A DNA stretch of 64,000 bases from Maricaulis sp. (GCF_030149235.1 NZ_JASBRW010000083.1:47964-111963), one strand, 5' to 3'. Shown: positions 1 to 9,645, counted from the stretch's first letter. Numbers and translations: made by a program. The notes: generated by a model not told the origin, from the sequence alone.

Positions 1-708
1 ACCGCGCAGATCTGGACCAAGTCCAGCCTGTCCATCGGCAATTCCTTGCGGTCCATTCCGCACCACGCCTATATGATGGGCCGGATGTTGTTGATGGGCG
101 ACGGCCCGGCCTTTGTGAACCCGGTCCAGGGCGGTGCCTTTATCAAGTCGGCCTATGCGGACGATCTGCCCGACCTTCAGCTCGTCTTCATCCCGGCGAT
201 TTCCAACCCTCACGGCATCGAGAAGGCCTGGGGTCATGGCGTGACCCTGCATGTGTGCCAGCTCTACCCGAAGAGCCGCGGCGAGATCCGTCTGAAAACC
301 ACCGATCCAAATGATCACCCGCTGATCCAGCCGAATTATCTCGAAGACCCGTTCGATACCGATGTGATGACGGACGGGCTGGCCAAGGTGCGTGAGATCC
401 TCGCCGCGCCAGCCTTCGACTTCGATCGCAAATCGGAACGCTACCCGGAGCCGGAAATCACCACCCGGTCCCAACTCGAAGATGATGTACGCGCACGCGC
501 GGAAACCCTGTATCATCCGACCTCGACCTGCGCGATGGGCTCGGGCGAACTGGCCGTCACCGACAGCCGCTGCCGGGTCAAGGGCGTGAAGAAACTCCGA
601 GTCATAGACGCCTCGGTCATGCCGCGCCTGGTGGGCGGCAATACCAATGCGCCCACCATCATGATCGCCACGCGCGCCGCGGCGATGATTGCAGAAGACA
701 ACGCCTGA
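1..708 (+). CDS. GMC-family FAD oxidoreductase (alcohol/choline dehydrogenase-like), C-terminal part; 5' end lies outside the window
   Basis: Frame is open from nt 1 (no stop before listed ORF 46..708). It carries the GMC C-terminal hallmarks YHPTSTCAMG and IDASVMPRLVGGNTNAPTIMIA. Confidence 0.9.
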   Translation, partial: TAQIWTKSSLSIGNSLRSIPHHAYMMGRMLLMGDGPAFVNPVQGGAFIKSAYADDLPDLQLVFIPAISNPHGIEKAWGHGVTLHVCQLYPKSRGEIRLKTTDPNDHPLIQPNYLEDPFDTDVMTDGLAKVREILAAPAFDFDRKSERYPEPEITTRSQLEDDVRARAETLYHPTSTCAMGSGELAVTDSRCRVKGVKKLRVIDASVMPRLVGGNTNAPTIMIATRAAAMIAEDNA

Positions 709-719
709 GGAGGCAGCCC

Positions 720-2141
720 ATGAGCGAAGCTGAAGCCAAACAGATCGAACGCATGAAATCGATTCTGGCGGCCCAGAAAGCCGCCTTCCGCGCCGAACGT
801 CACCGGCCGCTCGACAAGCGCAAGCAGGATCTCGACAAGATCGCCGATCTCTGCCGCAAGAACGCAGATGCGATCACCGATGCGATCAGCCAGGATTTCG
901 GCAATCGCGCCCATATCGAAACGGCGATCGCCGAGCTGGCTTTCGTCATCCAGGACGCCGCCCATATCAAGAAGCATCTGAACAAGTGGACAAAGCCGAA
1001 ACGCGTCGGCGTACCGCTGACCCTGATGCCTGGAAAGGCCGTCATCCGTCGCGAGCCTATCGGTGTGGCCGGCATTATCTCGCCATGGAATTATCCATTC
1101 CAGCTCGCCATGGCCCCGCTTGCCGCTGCGCTTGGTGCAGGCTGCCGGGCGATCATCAAACCCTCCGAATACACACCCGCCACAGCGGAGATCATGAAAC
1201 GCCTGATCTCGGAGAATTTCGAGGAGGATCATGTCAGCGTGGTGACGGGTGGCCCCGCCGTGGGCGAGGCTTTCACCAAGCTGAAATGGGACCACCTCTT
1301 CTACACCGGATCGACCCAGGTCGGACGCCTCGTCGCCCTGGCGGCAGCCGACAACCTGGTTCCTGTCACCCTCGAACTCGGCGGCAAATCCCCGGCCATC
1401 GTGGCGCCGGACTATCCGACCGAACAGGCCGCCAAATCGATCGGCTGGGGCAAGCTTTTCAATGCCGGCCAGACCTGTGTCGCGCCGGACTACGTCCTCG
1501 CGCCGAACGGGCGGGAGCGGGAGATTGGCCAGGCGATCATCGATGTTGCCCAGCACCAATTCCCGGAGGCCGCTTCCGACGACGCCTATACGTCGATCGT
1601 CTCCGATCGCCATTACGAGCGGCTCAATGCGATGATCGAGGAAGCCCGGGCCGCTGGCATCGAGGTGCTGCAACCCGAGCACGACAGCCAGGCCGCTCAG
1701 GCGGCGCGCAAGATCCCACCCACCGTGGTCATCGATCCGCCGGAAGACAGCGCCATGATGACCGAGGAAATCTTCGGTCCCATCCTGCCGATCAAAGGCT
1801 ATGCAGAGCTCGATGGCGCGCTCGACTTCGTCAATGACCGCGAACGCCCGCTGGCGCTCTATGTCTATTCCACGGACAAGACGCAGGCTGAGCGCGTGCT
1901 CGACGAGACGATCTCGGGCGGCGCCGGGGTCAATATCAACCTGATGCACCTCTCCGTACCCGATCTGCCATTCGGCGGGGTCGGCGCGTCCGGTCAGGGT
2001 GCCTATCACGGCGAGACCGGTTTCAAGGCCTTCACTCACGAACGCTCGGTCCTGTCGACCGGCAAATGGCACCCCTCCCGCCTTCTCGCACCGCCCTACG
2101 GCAAGTTCGCCGAGCGTGTGGCCCAGCGGCAAATGAAATAG
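720..2141 (+). CDS. NAD(P)+ aldehyde dehydrogenase, class-3 / coniferyl-aldehyde-DH-like
   Basis: 473 aa with catalytic Glu and Cys motifs LELGGKSP and FNAGQTCVAPDY. It starts 11 nt after the GMC gene. Confidence 0.92.
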   Translation: MSEAEAKQIERMKSILAAQKAAFRAERHRPLDKRKQDLDKIADLCRKNADAITDAISQDFGNRAHIETAIAELAFVIQDAAHIKKHLNKWTKPKRVGVPLTLMPGKAVIRREPIGVAGIISPWNYPFQLAMAPLAAALGAGCRAIIKPSEYTPATAEIMKRLISENFEEDHVSVVTGGPAVGEAFTKLKWDHLFYTGSTQVGRLVALAAADNLVPVTLELGGKSPAIVAPDYPTEQAAKSIGWGKLFNAGQTCVAPDYVLAPNGREREIGQAIIDVAQHQFPEAASDDAYTSIVSDRHYERLNAMIEEARAAGIEVLQPEHDSQAAQAARKIPPTVVIDPPEDSAMMTEEIFGPILPIKGYAELDGALDFVNDRERPLALYVYSTDKTQAERVLDETISGGAGVNINLMHLSVPDLPFGGVGASGQGAYHGETGFKAFTHERSVLSTGKWHPSRLLAPPYGKFAERVAQRQMK

Positions 2142-2148
2142 GTCAAAG

Positions 2149-2907
2149 ATGAGCGGACCACTTTCGGGCCAGCGCGCCCTGATCACCGGCTCCAGTCACG
2201 GGGTCGGCCGGGCAGCGGCGTTCCTGTTCGCCCAGCAGGGCGCGGAGGTCATCCTGCACGGCAATCAGAACATGGCCGACGCCGATGCGGCGGTACAGGA
2301 GATCGGTCCGCGCGCCCTTGGAGCGGTGCAAGCGGACCTGATGATGCCGGGTGCCGGGCGCGAGCTGTATACGCGTGCCGCGGACCTGGCGGGCGGCCGG
2401 ATCGACATCGTCGTCAACAATGCCGGCATCCACTGGGAAACGCCGATCGACGCCACGGATGAGACCTGGGAAGCCAATTGGGCCGGCCTGCTCCAGGTCA
2501 ATGTCATGGCGGTCGCAGATATCTGCCGTACCGCCCTGCCCGACATGATCGATAATGGCGGCGGGTCCTTCATCAATATCGCCAGCCGCGCCGGCTATCG
2601 CGGTGAGGACAAGGACCATATGGCCTATGCGGCTTCCAAGGGCGCCGTGCTCTCCCTGACCAAGACCATTGCCCGGCAATGGGGCGACAAGGGCGTTTAC
2701 GCCTATGCCCTCGCCCCGGGGTGGATCAATACCCGCATGGCACCGCAAAACGCGGCCGGTATTGCCGCCGCCGCCAACGAAATTCCGATCGGCCGCATGG
2801 CCGAGCCCGAGGAGATCGCGGCCATGTGCGCCTTCCTCGCCTCCGGCGCCTGCGCCAGCGCGACCGGCTCGTGCATAGATATCAATGGCGCGAGTTACGT
2901 GCGTTAG
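2149..2907 (+). CDS. short-chain dehydrogenase/reductase (SDR)
   Basis: 252 aa with Rossmann motif ITGSSHGVGRA and catalytic YAASKGAV (YxxxK). It starts 7 nt after the ALDH gene. Confidence 0.9.
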   Translation: MSGPLSGQRALITGSSHGVGRAAAFLFAQQGAEVILHGNQNMADADAAVQEIGPRALGAVQADLMMPGAGRELYTRAADLAGGRIDIVVNNAGIHWETPIDATDETWEANWAGLLQVNVMAVADICRTALPDMIDNGGGSFINIASRAGYRGEDKDHMAYAASKGAVLSLTKTIARQWGDKGVYAYALAPGWINTRMAPQNAAGIAAAANEIPIGRMAEPEEIAAMCAFLASGACASATGSCIDINGASYVR

Positions 2908-3725
2908 TGCCCGGGAATGACTGAGGAAAAGGCGTCAAAACAGGCTTGGTCAAAACGGCTGGGCACCGCGAAATGCACGCGCCGAAAGGAACCGGCAAAC
3001 CGCCCGTCAAGCGAGCGCACGAACGTTCGCGCGACCCGGTCGGGATCATTTCCGAAGACGCCGCACCCCCATGCTCCAAGCAGAACGCAGTCATGCCCTT
3101 TGGAAGCGGCGATCTGAAGAATGAGGGCAACCCGGTCCTCAAGACATCGATCAAATGCATCGCTCTTTAGCCGTTCCACGCCCTGCTCCCGCGCCGCCCT
3201 CCTATTGGGCGCCGCGACAGTGATCACGGAAAACAAGTTTGATGCCGGCTGCACCGATCCATGGTCATCTCGGATCTGCCGCACCTTCGGGGTGTAGAGC
3301 CCAATATCCGCGTAACACGTATCGATGGAGGCCTTGTTGCGCGCATAGTAGGCCTCCTGCGTCTCCAGAGCGTGATAAAGGGTCGTCGCGCGACAGAGGC
3401 TCTCCTCCTGCGCCGTGCCACCGCGCAGGAATCCACCACCTGGTGTCCGCGCCGAGGCGAAATTGAGCACAGCCGGGTTGGCGACACCCGCCTGCTGAAG
3501 ACTGTCCAGCCCCTGCAGCGTGTCCTCATCCCCGATAGTGATCTCCGTGTCATACAAGCCTGCTGGCACGGCCCTGTCAGGTTCGACAATGATCGTTTCT
3601 TGTCGCGATAGACTCAGGTCGGGTTCAAGCCCGCACCATTCACCATCAGGCGTGGTGTAGCCCCCGCTGCGGAAGATCTCGAGATTCTCCTCGGCGACGG
3701 CGCGATATCGATCCCGCCGGTTCAT
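2904..3725 (-). CDS. TIGR02452/DUF2263 bacterial-type poly(ADP-ribose) glycohydrolase-like macrodomain protein
   Basis: 273 aa. It has the PARG signature GGG-X7-QEE (PGGGFLRGGTAQEES) and the diphosphate loop LLGAWGCGVFGN. Confidence 0.85.
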   Translation of the reverse strand: MNRRDRYRAVAEENLEIFRSGGYTTPDGEWCGLEPDLSLSRQETIIVEPDRAVPAGLYDTEITIGDEDTLQGLDSLQQAGVANPAVLNFASARTPGGGFLRGGTAQEESLCRATTLYHALETQEAYYARNKASIDTCYADIGLYTPKVRQIRDDHGSVQPASNLFSVITVAAPNRRAAREQGVERLKSDAFDRCLEDRVALILQIAASKGHDCVLLGAWGCGVFGNDPDRVARTFVRSLDGRFAGSFRRVHFAVPSRFDQACFDAFSSVIPGH

Positions 3726-3764
3726 TGCAATTGGGCACTGACGGCGGCAATAGCGATCTCGAGA

Positions 3765-4133
3765 TCAGGACCCATCCCGCTCCATCCGCGCCGCCAGAAA
3801 ATCGCCCCCAACAACGACCAAGACCAGCACCAAACTCACCCAGTTGCGGCCGCCGCCTTCATCGCTGATCCAGCCGAAATCAATAGCCAGTCGCGTCCCG
3901 AGGGCCGAGGCCAGCAAGGCGCCGCCACCGACCATGGAGGCGCGAATGGCGGCCGTGGATTTGGTGGGCCGGTTCCGCCCGGCCCAGCCAAACAGGATCC
4001 AGCCGGCGACCGGCAGGAAACCAAGCGCCAGCAGGGCGACCCACCAGCTGGCCGGATCGGCGATAATGACGGCGACCGATAAGACGGCGACAACGAGGGC
4101 AACCGCCGTGACAATGGGCGAACCGGGTTTCAC
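3765..4133 (-). CDS. small integral membrane protein, unknown function
   Basis: 122 aa with 3-4 hydrophobic helices. Its start lies 2 nt after the stop of the upstream aminoacylase gene, which suggests co-translation. Confidence 0.65.
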   Translation of the reverse strand: MKPGSPIVTAVALVVAVLSVAVIIADPASWWVALLALGFLPVAGWILFGWAGRNRPTKSTAAIRASMVGGGALLASALGTRLAIDFGWISDEGGGRNWVSLVLVLVVVGGDFLAARMERDGS

Positions 4134-4135
4134 GT

Positions 4136-5911
4136 CTATTCGGCCGCCTCAAGCACGTCCTGGCCGGCGCGATACAGCCCGCCTGGCCGCGCGCCAGTAA
4201 GCTTCCCATCAGCCATCACCACCTCGCCCTTCACGAGCGTTGCGGTATAGCCCGTCGCGCCCTGCAGCAGGCGCTGACCTCCGGCCGGCAAGTCCTGTTT
4301 CATGTAAGGCGGTTCGAGCTGAAGCGCATCAAGGTCGATGACATTGAGATCGGCCCGCATCCCCTCGCGGATGTAACCTCGATCGCGCATACCGAGATAA
4401 TCGGCCTGGGCGCCGGTCAGCATGCGGATGGCGCGCGGCAGGTCGAGCTTGCGGCCGCGCTCGCGATCACGGGTCCAGTGCGTAATCATATAGGTCGGCA
4501 TGGAGGCATCGCAGACAGTACCGACATGAGCGCCACCATCGGACAGGCCATAAAGCGCCTGAGGATGCTCCATCATCTTGAGCACATTGTCGTAATTGAG
4601 CTCGGTATAATTATAGAGCGGCAGATAGATCAGCTCCTGACCATCACGCTCAAGCAGCGTGTCATAGATCATCTCATAGATCGACACGCCCTTGGCCCGC
4701 GCCTTGGCAGCCAGCGAGTTTTCCGGCGGCTGCTCATAGTCCGGCGGATTGCCGAGCTGGAAGAATTTCTCCGCGACGAACTCGATATGCTCGAGCAGGA
4801 GATCCGCCAGAGGCGGCACCGAAGAGCCGGGCCCGGACACCTTGTCGGTTTTCTCGGACAGGATCTGTGCCTTGAATTCCGGCGTCTTCATCTTGGCCAC
4901 GCGCTCGGCCAACGGCAGGTCGGCGATGGTCTTGTAGCTGGGATAGCCCATGAAGGGATGGAAGGTGCAGTTGAAGCCAAGGAAGACCCCGATCGCTCGC
5001 GGCGCTACCTGCATGCGCGCATCGACCCCCTCTTGCTTCAGCTTTTCGGAGAGCTCGGTCAGCTTGACCCATTGTTCCGGCGCAAAATCGCGCTGCATCA
5101 GCGAGAAGGAAAATGGCCGGCCGGAGGCCTTGGCGTAGTCGGCGACGATCTGCCATTCCTCGTCAAAATCCTGCTCGCCTCGCTCGAGGTTGAAATCACT
5201 CACCGCCTGGACAACACCGAAGTCGAGCCCCTCAAACGCCTTGGCAATACCGGTCAGCTCGTCACGCGTGGCCTCGGAGGACGGCGTCCAGTCGCCATCG
5301 GCCGTCTTGTGGACATCGGACCGCCCCGTCGCAAAACCGATCGCTCCGGCCTGCAGCGCCTCGCGTGTCAGGCGACGCATCTCGGCGATGTCATCATCAT
5401 TGGCCGGCTCGGAGAACACGGCCCGATCGCCCATGACATAGACCCGTAGCGGGTCGTGCGGCACCATCGCCGCGATATCGATCGTGCGCGGCATTTTGGC
5501 CAGCGCGTCGAGATAGTCCGGGAAGCTTTCCCAGTCCCAGGTCAGCCCCTCGTAAAGCGCTGTTCCGGGAATGTCCTCAACGCCCTCCATGAGCTTGATC
5601 AGCTTGTCGTGGTCCGCTTCGCGCACCGGCGCAAACCCGACCCCGCAATTGCCCATTACCGCGGTCGTGACGCCGTGGTCGATCGACGGGCGTAGCTCGT
5701 CATCCCAGCTGGCCTGGCCGTCATAATGGGTGTGAATGTCGATAAAACCGGGCGTAACAATCTGGCCCTTGGCGTCGATCTCGCGTTCGGCCGGTCCGAG
5801 CCCGGTGCCGATCTGGGCAATCACACCATCGCGGATGGCGACATCCGCCTCCAGCGGCGCTTCGCCATCGCCGCGATGAAGCATCCCGCCCCGGATCACG
5901 ATATCGAACAT
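4136..5911 (-). CDS. N-acyl-D-amino-acid deacylase (D-aminoacylase) family amidohydrolase
   Basis: 591 aa. N-terminus MFDIVIRGG...[13 protein letters not shown] and metal motif [10 protein letters not shown] are typical of the family. Confidence 0.88.
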   Translation of the reverse strand: MFDIVIRGGMLHRGDGEAPLEADVAIRDGVIAQIGTGLGPAEREIDAKGQIVTPGFIDIHTHYDGQASWDDELRPSIDHGVTTAVMGNCGVGFAPVREADHDKLIKLMEGVEDIPGTALYEGLTWDWESFPDYLDALAKMPRTIDIAAMVPHDPLRVYVMGDRAVFSEPANDDDIAEMRRLTREALQAGAIGFATGRSDVHKTADGDWTPSSEATRDELTGIAKAFEGLDFGVVQAVSDFNLERGEQDFDEEWQIVADYAKASGRPFSFSLMQRDFAPEQWVKLTELSEKLKQEGVDARMQVAPRAIGVFLGFNCTFHPFMGYPSYKTIADLPLAERVAKMKTPEFKAQILSEKTDKVSGPGSSVPPLADLLLEHIEFVAEKFFQLGNPPDYEQPPENSLAAKARAKGVSIYEMIYDTLLERDGQELIYLPLYNYTELNYDNVLKMMEHPQALYGLSDGGAHVGTVCDASMPTYMITHWTRDRERGRKLDLPRAIRMLTGAQADYLGMRDRGYIREGMRADLNVIDLDALQLEPPYMKQDLPAGGQRLLQGATGYTATLVKGEVVMADGKLTGARPGGLYRAGQDVLEAAE

Positions 5912-5912
5912 G

Positions 5913-6854
5913 TCAGACCTCCCGGCTTTTCCCGATTATGTTTCTTGATTGTGCCCAATCATAGCTGCGGAACAAGGCAACAACGACGAAACCGGCTGCG
6001 ATATGCCAGATACTCCACAGGCCGGTAACCGCGACCGCCCCGCCGACGCCGTCAAACTGGGACAGGAGGATCAGCAGACCCAGGCCGGCATTCTGGATTC
6101 CGACCTCAAAGGTCAGGGACCGCCGCCTTGCCATCGACATGCCGAAGATCCAGGCCGTCAGCCCGCCCATGGCAAAGGCCAGACCGTTATGCATCAGCAC
6201 GACGGGGAAGAGGCCGTGATCGGTGGCGAAAAGGACATCACGATTGGTGTAACCACCGACCAGGATCAGGCCGAAAAGGATAGCCAGCGCCACCGGCGAC
6301 AGCGCCGTGCGCAAGCGGGCCGCCAGCTCCGGCTTTTTTTCCGACATCAACATGCCCATCGCCAAGGGGAAGGCCAGCAGCGCCACCGTCTGGGTGATGA
6401 AGGGCCAGGGGGAAATATCCAGCGTTCCGACCAGTGCATTCGTCGGCGCATAGAGCTCTGACCAGAACAGGATTGACACCGGGGTGATCAACGCTGCAGA
6501 GACACTGGAAATGGCCGTCAGGGAGACCGAATAGGCCGTATCTCCCCGCCCGAACATGGTCAGGGCATTGGACACATTCCCCCCCGGACAACAAGCCACG
6601 ACAATCATCCCGAGCGCCACGCTCGGCAACGGTCCGAGCAGGTAGATCAGACCCAGGGTCAAAAGCGGCAACCCCAGGATCTGGGCAATTGCTCCGATAA
6701 TGACCGGTCGCGGCTCGGATTTCAGCGACTTGAAATCGGCGATCTTCAATCCCAGCGCGACGGTGAACATCATCACCACAAGGCTGGCCGACATGGCCAA
6801 GCGGAAACCGCCGCTCAACTCAACATACAACGCGTCTGCGCCGGTTGGTTCCAT
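5913..6854 (-). CDS. bile acid:Na+ symporter (BASS/SBF) family transporter
   Basis: 313 aa polytopic membrane protein with a BASS-like core (CCPGGNVSNALT). Its stop lies 1 nt before the aminoacylase start. Confidence 0.85.
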   Translation of the reverse strand: MEPTGADALYVELSGGFRLAMSASLVVMMFTVALGLKIADFKSLKSEPRPVIIGAIAQILGLPLLTLGLIYLLGPLPSVALGMIVVACCPGGNVSNALTMFGRGDTAYSVSLTAISSVSAALITPVSILFWSELYAPTNALVGTLDISPWPFITQTVALLAFPLAMGMLMSEKKPELAARLRTALSPVALAILFGLILVGGYTNRDVLFATDHGLFPVVLMHNGLAFAMGGLTAWIFGMSMARRRSLTFEVGIQNAGLGLLILLSQFDGVGGAVAVTGLWSIWHIAAGFVVVALFRSYDWAQSRNIIGKSREV

Positions 6855-6996
6855 GCGTCACTTTCCTCCCCGAAAACGACCGGTAAACCTTATTTCAAAT
6901 TGCGCCGATCCGAAGCGCAACACATTTGGTACTAGGATAAAATCATTTTTGGGTCGCCAAACCGCTCAGACTCTGTATCTTATGTGACACGGTTTT

Positions 6997-7042
6997 GACA
7001 GCAGCCTGCTGACTGTCGAAATCCTTTCGTGCGGGAAAGGAT
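6997..7042. promoter_or_regulatory. two adjacent palindromes in the BASS/hxlR divergent region (candidate operators or hairpins)
   Basis: GACAGCAGC-ct-GCTG(a)CTGTC at 6997-7017 and a perfect ATCCTTTC-N6-GAAAGGAT at 7021-7042. Confidence 0.3.
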
Positions 7043-7133
7043 GCTGGAGCGGGAAGTCCAAGTGATTTCACGATGCGGCGCCCATTTGTCTATTGAACGG
7101 CGTATCTACGCATTAGTCTTTGGGGGACTAAGT

Positions 7134-7616
7134 ATGGGTCGGAAACGTTTCGACGAAATGCCCTGCGCGATTGCCCAGACGCTGAATCAGGTCGGCGACT
7201 GGTGGACTTTGCTGATTGTCCGGGATGCCATGAAAGGCGCCCGCCGCTTCAGTGATTTTCACGACAGCACAGGCATTGCCAAGAATATCCTGACTGACCG
7301 GCTCAACAAGCTGGTCGAAAACGGAATCATGACTCGAGAAGAAGTCGGTGTGCGCGGTCAGCGGCAGGAATATGTCTTGACCGATCGCGGCGAAGCCCTC
7401 TTCCCGATCCTGATTGCCATGCAGCAGTGGGGTGACCAGTGGATCTACGGCCGCGAGAAGCAGCCTGTCGTCCTCTATGACACCCGTAATGGCGAAGAAC
7501 TCACCCCGGTGAGCGTCGCGAATGAAAGTGGGGACGAGGTGACACATCACTTCGTCGGCACACGCGACCAGGCCGATGAGGCCACGGACGACGACAGCGT
7601 TTCGCAAGCTGGCTAG
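7134..7616 (+). CDS. HxlR-family winged-helix transcriptional regulator
   Basis: The conserved HxlR core CAIAQTLNQVGDWWTLLIVRDAMKGARRFSDF starts right after ATG 7134, which has GGGGA 6 nt upstream. The listed ORF start at 7029 (GTG) is probably an over-extension. Confidence 0.88.
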   Translation: MGRKRFDEMPCAIAQTLNQVGDWWTLLIVRDAMKGARRFSDFHDSTGIAKNILTDRLNKLVENGIMTREEVGVRGQRQEYVLTDRGEALFPILIAMQQWGDQWIYGREKQPVVLYDTRNGEELTPVSVANESGDEVTHHFVGTRDQADEATDDDSVSQAG

Positions 7617-7881
7617 GCTATTCGCCGCGGTCCGGACGGGAACGTCTATGGGCGGACGGCCCGTTCGGTCGCGGCGTGCTCGCTCATGAGCACATGATCT
7701 CGGCACAGACAAGTCGAACGAATACCCCTGGGCGTTCGCGCCTCAGGGGAAATTTGCTTCCAGGCTACATTGAGCTCGCGAATTCATTTGGCTAACATCA
7801 CACACGGGCGCACGGGCGGACCGCATCGCGGCTCGCTCCAATGACACAGCAATCAACGCCATTTGAAATGGGGAGATAAAT

Positions 7882-8187
7882 ATGATTCTTACAGCCATGC
7901 TGGCCGCCACGGCCCTGCAGATGGACGCGCTCCTGGAGCACGGCCTACAGATCACCACGCCGAGCGTCACCTACACGACCTTCTTCAATGCTGACGGAAC
8001 CTACACGACCGATGTCGGTATCGAAGGCACTTGGGAAGTCCAGGGCGAGGAAATCTGCGTCGTGCGCTCGACCGGCGAAAGCGGTTGCGCACCGCTGATG
8101 TCCGACGCGGCGCTGGGCGATAGCTGGGAAGGCGAGAACGCTGCCACAGGCGAGACGGTGACCTACACCATCGTTCCGCGAGGCTAG
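7882..8187 (+). CDS. hypothetical small protein (101 aa)
   Basis: Good RBS (GGGGAGA 6 nt upstream), a hydrophobic N-terminus, and a strong terminator 15 nt downstream. I recognise no family. Confidence 0.6.
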   Translation: MILTAMLAATALQMDALLEHGLQITTPSVTYTTFFNADGTYTTDVGIEGTWEVQGEEICVVRSTGESGCAPLMSDAALGDSWEGENAATGETVTYTIVPRG

Positions 8188-8201
8188 CAGCCCTGCATCG
8201 C

Positions 8202-8246
8202 AAAAAAACGCCGGCGGTGACCTTCACACCGCCGGCGTTTTCTTTT
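8202..8246. terminator. bidirectional intrinsic terminator
   Basis: Perfect 13-bp stem AACGCCGGCGGTG / CACCGCCGGCGTT with a 7-nt loop, flanked by an A7 tract and a T-rich tract. It sits between convergent genes. Confidence 0.85.
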
Positions 8247-8262
8247 GTCGGACGGCGAGACG

Positions 8263-9645
8263 CTATTCGCCGAAGGATCCCGCCGGTCCCGGGAAGACGA
8301 CCGGCGTCTCCGAACCGTCATGCGCCACGGCCGAAACACCGAAATAATAGTTATCGATCACAATATTCTCGACCACATATTCCCCCGTCACGCCGACAAA
8401 GCGGCTATGGGTCCATTGCGGTGCGTCGGTCAGGCGCCAGTAGACGCGATAACCGGCGAGATTTGCTGCCGCTTCACCTTCCGGAACGGTCCAGCGCAGC
8501 GTGGTGTCCGGCGAGACTGCGCCCTCGACCTCGACATTGGCGGGGAATGGTGGTGCACCGGCGATCTGGGCCAGCACCGCGACATTGAGCGAGGTCAGCT
8601 TGGCGGCGTGATCGAAGTCCACACCGTCAATCGTGTCCCCGAACTCCCGGCCGGTCTCATCGGTCCGCAAGTCCTGATGCTGGCGGTCGTAATGCTCGTG
8701 CGTCTCCATGATGCGGACACCCGGGATGCCGACATCATTGAACGGGCGGTGGTGACCGCCGCGGCGGAACCGGTCGAGACGATAGACCATCATGACATCA
8801 AGATTGGGAATGTACTGATCCGCGGTCCGGTCCACGAAACGTGCCAGATTACGTGACGGGCTATCCACCTCACCACCGGTAAAGCGCCGCAGGCGGGCCT
8901 CTTGGGCGGTTTCATTGGCCCGCGTGCCTTCGGAGAAGACCCGGGCGGTCGTATTGTTGATGACGCCATCAATGCCTTCGATATTGCCGATCATGTCGTT
9001 ATTGAGAACGGCCTTGATCCGCCAGCCACTCTCCAGCGCGTGATCGGCCACGATCTGTCCGCCAAAGAGCCCCTGCTCCTCCCCCGACAGGCCGGCATAG
9101 ATGATGGATCCGGCAAACTCGTACTGGGTCAACACCCGCGCCGCCTCGATCGTGCCGGCCATGCCGGAGGCGTTGTCATTGGCGCCCGGGCTGTCATCGG
9201 TGAAGTTGAGCGGGTCGGTGACGCGACTATCAATGTCACCGGACATCATCACATAGCGATCCGGGTCCAGCGTGCCGCGTTGAATGGCCACCACCGACAC
9301 GACATCGGTCGGATCGGGAATACGGGTCTGCCCGAAAACCTCACCGGTAATGTACATGACCTCGAGACAGCCGCCGCAATCGGCGGAAATGCGCTCGAAC
9401 TCTTCATAGATCCAGCGCGTCGCAGCCCCGACGCCCCGGGTTTCGCTTTCCGTGTCCGACAGGGTGTGCCGGGTGCCGAACCCGGCCAGGGCGCGAATAT
9501 CTGTCTCGATCCGGTCGGCAGAGAACGCAGCGACATAGTCATGCACCTGCAGCACTTCAGACGGCGGCGCATAACGCCCCTCCTGAGCTTCAGATCCGCA
9601 AGCGGCCAGGACCAGAGCCAGCCCGGTAATTCCGATTCGCGTCAT
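8263..9645 (-). CDS. M28-family aminopeptidase lipoprotein with C-terminal fibronectin-III-like domain
   Basis: 460 aa with lipobox LVLAAC and M28 motifs GANDNASGMAG and GLSGEEQGLFG. The C-terminal segment LRWTVPEGEAAANLAGYRVYWR is FN3-like. Confidence 0.88.
   Translation of the reverse strand: MTRIGITGLALVLAACGSEAQEGRYAPPSEVLQVHDYVAAFSADRIETDIRALAGFGTRHTLSDTESETRGVGAATRWIYEEFERISADCGGCLEVMYITGEVFGQTRIPDPTDVVSVVAIQRGTLDPDRYVMMSGDIDSRVTDPLNFTDDSPGANDNASGMAGTIEAARVLTQYEFAGSIIYAGLSGEEQGLFGGQIVADHALESGWRIKAVLNNDMIGNIEGIDGVINNTTARVFSEGTRANETAQEARLRRFTGGEVDSPSRNLARFVDRTADQYIPNLDVMMVYRLDRFRRGGHHRPFNDVGIPGVRIMETHEHYDRQHQDLRTDETGREFGDTIDGVDFDHAAKLTSLNVAVLAQIAGAPPFPANVEVEGAVSPDTTLRWTVPEGEAAANLAGYRVYWRLTDAPQWTHSRFVGVTGEYVVENIVIDNYYFGVSAVAHDGSETPVVFPGPAGSFGE

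Noticed and set aside
513-2186. 557-aa minus-strand ORF opposite the ALDH gene, and similar long shadows at 13565-15046, 16384-18240, 19695-21122, 26099-27805, 44086-44961, 46075-47106, 53401-54675, 56093-58051 and 62381-63235
   Set aside because: Each is antisense to, or out of frame with, a gene carrying family-specific catalytic motifs. None has an RBS plus recognisable domain. Long spurious ORFs are expected at this GC content.
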